In this document: piece by piece, positions 28,065-32,000 of the stretch
Position numbering within the stretch: position 1 is the first letter of the stretch
Layout of the letters: every line of letters begins with the position of its first letter
From: a cyanobacterium endosymbiont of Braarudosphaera bigelowii
Lineage (GTDB): Bacteria > Cyanobacteriota > Cyanobacteriia > Cyanobacteriales > Microcystaceae
Reading direction: 5' to 3'
Length of the DNA: 32,000 bases
Assembly: GCF_020885515.1 (NCBI RefSeq)
Contig: NZ_AP024987.1
Coordinates: forward strand, 1,440,001-1,472,000
Made by a program: the position numbers and the translations under genes
Notes under the pieces: model-generated
Told to the model about the DNA's origin: nothing
Seen by the model: only the letters and a program-made list of their open reading frames with translations
The model's database searches: none

Positions 28065-29528
28065 ATGGTTAAGAAACGAACCGTATATATATGCAGTATG
28101 TGTGGGACAGAATCTGTTCAATGGTTTGGTAAATGTGAATCTTGTCAAAGTTACGGAACTCTAGAGGAACAAATTATCGTAATACCAAGCCCTTCTGAAA
28201 ACATTTTAAGAAGAGAAAAGATATCCTATTCTAGCAAAGAGAATAACCTTCGAAATACGCCAAAACCAAATATTTCAAGTTGTTTTGACGAAATTACGGA
28301 AAATGAGAAAATGCAATTTCACTCTGGATATAAGGAATTAGATAGAGTTTTAGGGGGTGGAGTTGTTCCAGGCTCTTTAGTTTTAATTGGTGGTGATCCT
28401 GGTATTGGAAAATCAACTTTATTGCTACAAGTAGCTAATAAATTAGCTCAACAATTACCTCGTATTTTATACATTTCTGCAGAAGAGTCAGCACAACAAA
28501 TTAAGCTACGTGCTTCTCGTTTGATGATGTTAAATACTGAGAAAATAAATAATAAAAATATAGAAAAAAAAGAGCTAGAGAGATGTAATAGTAAAAGTCT
28601 TTTTATACTATCAGAAACAAATCTAGAAGAGATTCTTAGAGAACTAGAATCTCTTCAGCCGCAAGTAGCTATTATTGATAGTATTCAAACCTTATATCTT
28701 GCAACATTGAACTCAGCTCCTGGTTCTATTTCCCAGGTTAAAGAGTGTACGTCAATCTTGATGCAATTAGCAAAGAGAGATAACATCACTTTATTTATTG
28801 TTGGACATGTAACAAAAGAAGGAACCATTGCTGGTCCTAGAGTATTAGAGCATTTAGTGGATACAGTACTATACTTCGAAGGAGATAGATACGCTTCTCA
28901 TCGTCTTTTAAGATCAGTCAAAAATCGTTTTGGTGCTACTCATGAAATTGGTATTTTTGAAATGATTGAAAGTGGGCTGGTAGAAGTGAAAAATCCCTCA
29001 GAATTATTTATGGGAAATCAAAATGAGATGGTACCTGGAACATCTCTCGTTGTTACCTGTGAAGGTACTCGACCCTTAGTTGTCGAATTACAAGCCTTAA
29101 TCAGTCCAACTAGTTATTCTTCTCCTCGCCGTTCCACAACAGGTATAGAATATAGCCGCCTACAGCAAATATTAGCCGTATTAGAAAAAAGAGTGGGAAT
29201 TCCTTTGTCTAAATTAGATGTATATGTTTCATCTACAGGGGGTTTAGGTGTTGAAGAGCCTGCAGCAGATCTAGGAATAGCAATCGCTATTGTTGCTAGT
29301 GTTAAAGATCAAATAATTATTCCAAATACTATATTAATTGGTGAGATAGGATTAGGTGGGCAAGTTCGTTCGGTACCACAAATAAAACTACGCTTAAAAG
29401 AAGCTGTTAAATTAGGCTTTACAAGAGCTATCATTCCAAATGGTAAAAATTATACTTTCAATATTAATTTAGAGATTATCTCTGTAGGAACAGTAATTGA
29501 TGCTATTAATGCTGCTTTTTTGGGTTAA
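28065..29528 (+). CDS. radA: DNA repair protein RadA/Sms
   Basis: Has a zinc finger (CSMCGTESVQWFGKCESCQ), Walker A (GGDPGIGKST), the KNRFG motif and a C-terminal Lon-protease-like domain. A K/N-rich variable insert sits at about aa 155-177. Confidence 0.95.
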   Translation: MVKKRTVYICSMCGTESVQWFGKCESCQSYGTLEEQIIVIPSPSENILRREKISYSSKENNLRNTPKPNISSCFDEITENEKMQFHSGYKELDRVLGGGVVPGSLVLIGGDPGIGKSTLLLQVANKLAQQLPRILYISAEESAQQIKLRASRLMMLNTEKINNKNIEKKELERCNSKSLFILSETNLEEILRELESLQPQVAIIDSIQTLYLATLNSAPGSISQVKECTSILMQLAKRDNITLFIVGHVTKEGTIAGPRVLEHLVDTVLYFEGDRYASHRLLRSVKNRFGATHEIGIFEMIESGLVEVKNPSELFMGNQNEMVPGTSLVVTCEGTRPLVVELQALISPTSYSSPRRSTTGIEYSRLQQILAVLEKRVGIPLSKLDVYVSSTGGLGVEEPAADLGIAIAIVASVKDQIIIPNTILIGEIGLGGQVRSVPQIKLRLKEAVKLGFTRAIIPNGKNYTFNINLEIISVGTVIDAINAAFLG

Positions 29529-29904
29529 AAGATTATGAGCAAAGAGTACTGGAATTTTTAAGTACTTTAAATATGCCGTAAATATAGAAAATTATATTTT
29601 TGTAGCTTAGTTAAACATCATTAGTCAATATAGAGCAGTGAAGGAAAATATTTTAAAGTTCTAAAATATTTTTCTAATTTCAAAGAATAATAATTCTTGA
29701 TAAAGTTTTTGAAATAATTGAAATCTCTATTTTTATTATTAACACAAAAAACAGTTTTATAATCGTTTCAAAGTTAGATTAAAATTGCAAGTAATTTTGT
29801 ACAATTGAATTTTATAGATGAAATAACACTTCATGTTTAACGTATGACATAATCTTTAACTTTTGGGTAAGATATAAATAACTGAAATTTAAAACGTATA
29901 TCTT

Positions 29905-30351
29905 ATGTTTTCTACATCTACTATATTAACTAAATATGTGTTAAAAGCATTAAGACTTACCTTACCTATTGTTATTAGTATATTTACAATAAAAGTCAGT
30001 GAAGATAAGGCCTTCGCTCAAACATCTGCATTACCTACTACTTTAACTGTTCGCTCTGATATTCAAGAAGCAAATTCTGAAACTGGTACTGTGACAGCTA
30101 GAGGAAACGTTCAGTTTTTTTATCCTGCTCGTAAACTTCAAGGAACTGCTGCTCAGGCTCAATATTTTAGTCGAGAGCGACGTCTAGTTTTGACGGGTAA
30201 TGTTTATATTCTTGAAAATGGAAATAGTATAAGATCTGAAAGTATGGTATATCTAATGGATGAAGGACGGTTTATTGCAACTCCAGAGCCAACTCAACAA
30301 GTAGAATCAATATATTTAGTTGCTCCAGATTCAGAAACGGCTCCATATTAA
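29905..30351 (+). CDS. lptA: LptA/OstA-N family periplasmic LPS-transport protein
   Basis: Has an N-terminal signal/anchor, then the OstA-like beta-jellyroll pattern RSDIQEANSETGTVTARGNVQFFYP...GTAAQAQYF...LVLTGNV. It sits directly upstream of lptB. Confidence 0.7.
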   Translation: MFSTSTILTKYVLKALRLTLPIVISIFTIKVSEDKAFAQTSALPTTLTVRSDIQEANSETGTVTARGNVQFFYPARKLQGTAAQAQYFSRERRLVLTGNVYILENGNSIRSESMVYLMDEGRFIATPEPTQQVESIYLVAPDSETAPY

Positions 30352-30407
30352 TCCATTTTTTCAGATGGAAACAACTTTTCTAAACTTCTGATTCTTGAAA
30401 TTTTTTT

Positions 30408-31136
30408 ATGACACTGATTTTAGAGAATATACACAAAACTTATGGAAAGCGGAATATTGTCAATCGGGTTAGCATTAGAGTAGCACCTGGTGAAATTGTC
30501 GGATTACTTGGTCCTAATGGTGCGGGTAAGACTACTACTTTTTATATAGCAACAGGTTTAATTAAACCTGACAAAGGAAAAGTCTGGTTATATCAACAAG
30601 ATGTTACCTGTTTACCTTTGCATAAGAGAGCTCGTTTGGGTATTGGCTATATGACCCAACAACCTAGTATTTTTAGATATCTTACTGTTCAAGAAAATAT
30701 TCAAGTTGCCCTCGAACAAACAAATATTACTTTCAAACAAAGAGCACAACGTCTTAATGGTTTACTTAAAGAGTTTCGTTTAGAAAAAATTGCTCATACA
30801 AAAGGATCTCAAATATCAGGAGGAGAGAGACGTAGAACAGAGTTAGCACGTTCTTTAGCCATGGGGAAAAAAGGGCCAGACTTTTTATTATTAGACGAAC
30901 CTTTTGCCGGAGTCGATCCTATTGCTGTTTCAGAAATCCAAGTCATGATTGCTCAGTTACAAGAACGTAAAATGGGAATCCTTATTACCGATCATAACGT
31001 ACGCGAAACTCTTGCTATAACTAATCGAGCTTATATCATGCGTGATGGTCAAATCCTAGCAGCTGGAAGTGCTGAAGAGCTATATAGTAATTCTTTAGTA
31101 CGACAATATTACTTAGGAGAAAACTTCCAAATCTAA
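30408..31136 (+). CDS. lptB: LPS export ABC transporter ATP-binding protein
   Basis: Motifs present: Walker A GPNGAGKTT, signature ISGGERRRTELAR, Walker B LLLDEPFAGVDP and the LptB-typical ITDHNVRETL. The protein is 242 aa. Confidence 0.93.
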   Translation: MTLILENIHKTYGKRNIVNRVSIRVAPGEIVGLLGPNGAGKTTTFYIATGLIKPDKGKVWLYQQDVTCLPLHKRARLGIGYMTQQPSIFRYLTVQENIQVALEQTNITFKQRAQRLNGLLKEFRLEKIAHTKGSQISGGERRRTELARSLAMGKKGPDFLLLDEPFAGVDPIAVSEIQVMIAQLQERKMGILITDHNVRETLAITNRAYIMRDGQILAAGSAEELYSNSLVRQYYLGENFQI

Positions 31137-31187
31137 AATCATATAGACATTATAGATATTGGTCAAGTAAATTACCTTAAAATCAGA

Positions 31188-32000
31188 ATGAGAATAAAGA
31201 TTCCTAGCTTATCAGTTGTAGATCGTTATTTATTTTTAGAGCTATTATCACCTTTCCTCTTTGGAATGGGAATTTTCACTTCCTTAGGCTTATCTATTGG
31301 AACTTTGTTTGATTTAGTACGCCGAGTAACAGAGTCAGGATTAGTTTTAACAGTTGCCTTTCAGATTTTATTGTTAAAAATTCCAGGATTTTTAAGTTTG
31401 GCTTTTCCTATGGCTATACTATTAGCAGCTTTAATGGCGTATAGTCGCTTGTCTAGTGATAGTGAAATTATCGCTTTACGTAGTTTAGGCATAGGAATAT
31501 ATCGTCTAGTAGTTCCTGTAGTCATTTTCGGTTTCATAGTAACAGGATGTGCATTCATCGTTAATGACTGGATAGCTCCTGCTGCAACTCATAAAGCAGC
31601 CATAATATTAGAAGAAGCTGTTAATCAGAAACGTCCTGATTTTAAAAGACATAATATTGTTTATCCAGAATATAAAACCATTAAGGGAAAAAATGGTCAA
31701 GAATCTAATATCTTGACTCGGTTATTTCATGCTGAAGAATATAATGGTGAAGAGATGAAAGGTTTAACTATCTTAGACAGAACACAAGAAGGTGTTAATC
31801 AAATTGTTACCTCTGAGTCTGCAACTTGGAATATTTCAAGTAATACCTGGGACTTCTTTAACGGCACCATTTATCTTATTGCTCCAGACGGTTCATACCG
31901 TAACATTGTACGTTTCCAGCATCAGCAACTAGCATTACCCAAAGCTCCCTTAGATCTAGCAGGTCGCAGACAAAATTTTACTGAAATGACTATATCAGAA
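31188..32000 (+). CDS. LptF/LptG (YjgP/YjgQ) family LPS export permease, 5' part (open to the right edge)
   Basis: This ORF is missing from the supplied track because it is unterminated. I translated 271 codons by hand and found no stop: MRIKIPSLSVVDRYLFLELLSPFLFGMGIFTSLGL...AFPMAILLAALMAYSRLSSDSEIIALRSLGIGIYRLVVP.... This is the family pattern. The minus-strand ORF 31361..31558 is its shadow. Confidence 0.85.
   Translation, partial: MRIKIPSLSVVDRYLFLELLSPFLFGMGIFTSLGLSIGTLFDLVRRVTESGLVLTVAFQILLLKIPGFLSLAFPMAILLAALMAYSRLSSDSEIIALRSLGIGIYRLVVPVVIFGFIVTGCAFIVNDWIAPAATHKAAIILEEAVNQKRPDFKRHNIVYPEYKTIKGKNGQESNILTRLFHAEEYNGEEMKGLTILDRTQEGVNQIVTSESATWNISSNTWDFFNGTIYLIAPDGSYRNIVRFQHQQLALPKAPLDLAGRRQNFTEMTISE

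Noticed and set aside
31361-31558. 65-aa minus-strand ORF
   Set aside because: It is antisense to the unterminated LptF/G permease frame (31188 to the window end). That frame has the family pattern and no stops over 271 codons.
1-32000. CRISPR arrays, tandem repeats, transposases/integrases, prophage or defence-system genes, HIP1 octamers
   Set aside because: I looked for regularly spaced direct repeats and for ORFs with nuclease, integrase or transposase hallmarks on both strands and found none. Every ORF above about 110 aa is accounted for by a housekeeping family or is an antisense shadow.

Overview
This is a strongly AT-rich cyanobacterial chromosome segment (about 30% G+C by eye, not computed), roughly 76% coding, and made up almost entirely of housekeeping genes. 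Left to right: the first 15 codons of thrB; prfB with its programmed +1 frameshift; an alanine/glycine:cation symporter; a J-like membrane protein; tatA; the long four-ACT cyanobacterial aspartate kinase; squalene-hopene cyclase; an SRPBCC protein; an SGNH hydrolase plus an orphan sugar-type ABC ATPase; cbiQ/ecfT; uppP; gltX; a frameshifted ABC-ATPase pseudogene; ndhD plus a CRR6-like NDH-1 assembly factor; folK; an unusually short RND transporter; a small secreted Cys protein; tRNA-Cys; cysH; rpaB; radA; and an lptA-lptB-lptF/G cluster that runs off the right edge. I saw no transposase, integrase, phage gene, CRISPR array, toxin-antitoxin pair or recognisable defence gene, so I do not think this is a classical accessory island and I cannot support a clear novel multi-gene system. 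Several traits suggest a genome-reduced unicellular cyanobacterium (UCYN-A or diatom spheroid-body-like); this is inference and needs a database search. Those traits are the gene content, the AT bias, K/N/S-rich insertions in conserved proteins, ORF-free spacers of 0.4-0.8 kb and a decaying gene. The most unusual items are: (1) an HAE1-like RND pump that appears to lack both docking subdomains, has no adaptor gene, and sits next to an orphan secreted protein; (2) two very long perfect palindromes, with 24-bp arms at 1581-1632 and GC-rich 29-bp arms at 20574-20632; (3) a GC-rich hairpin just 5' of the prfB frameshift site; (4) an ABC ATPase caught in the process of decay.
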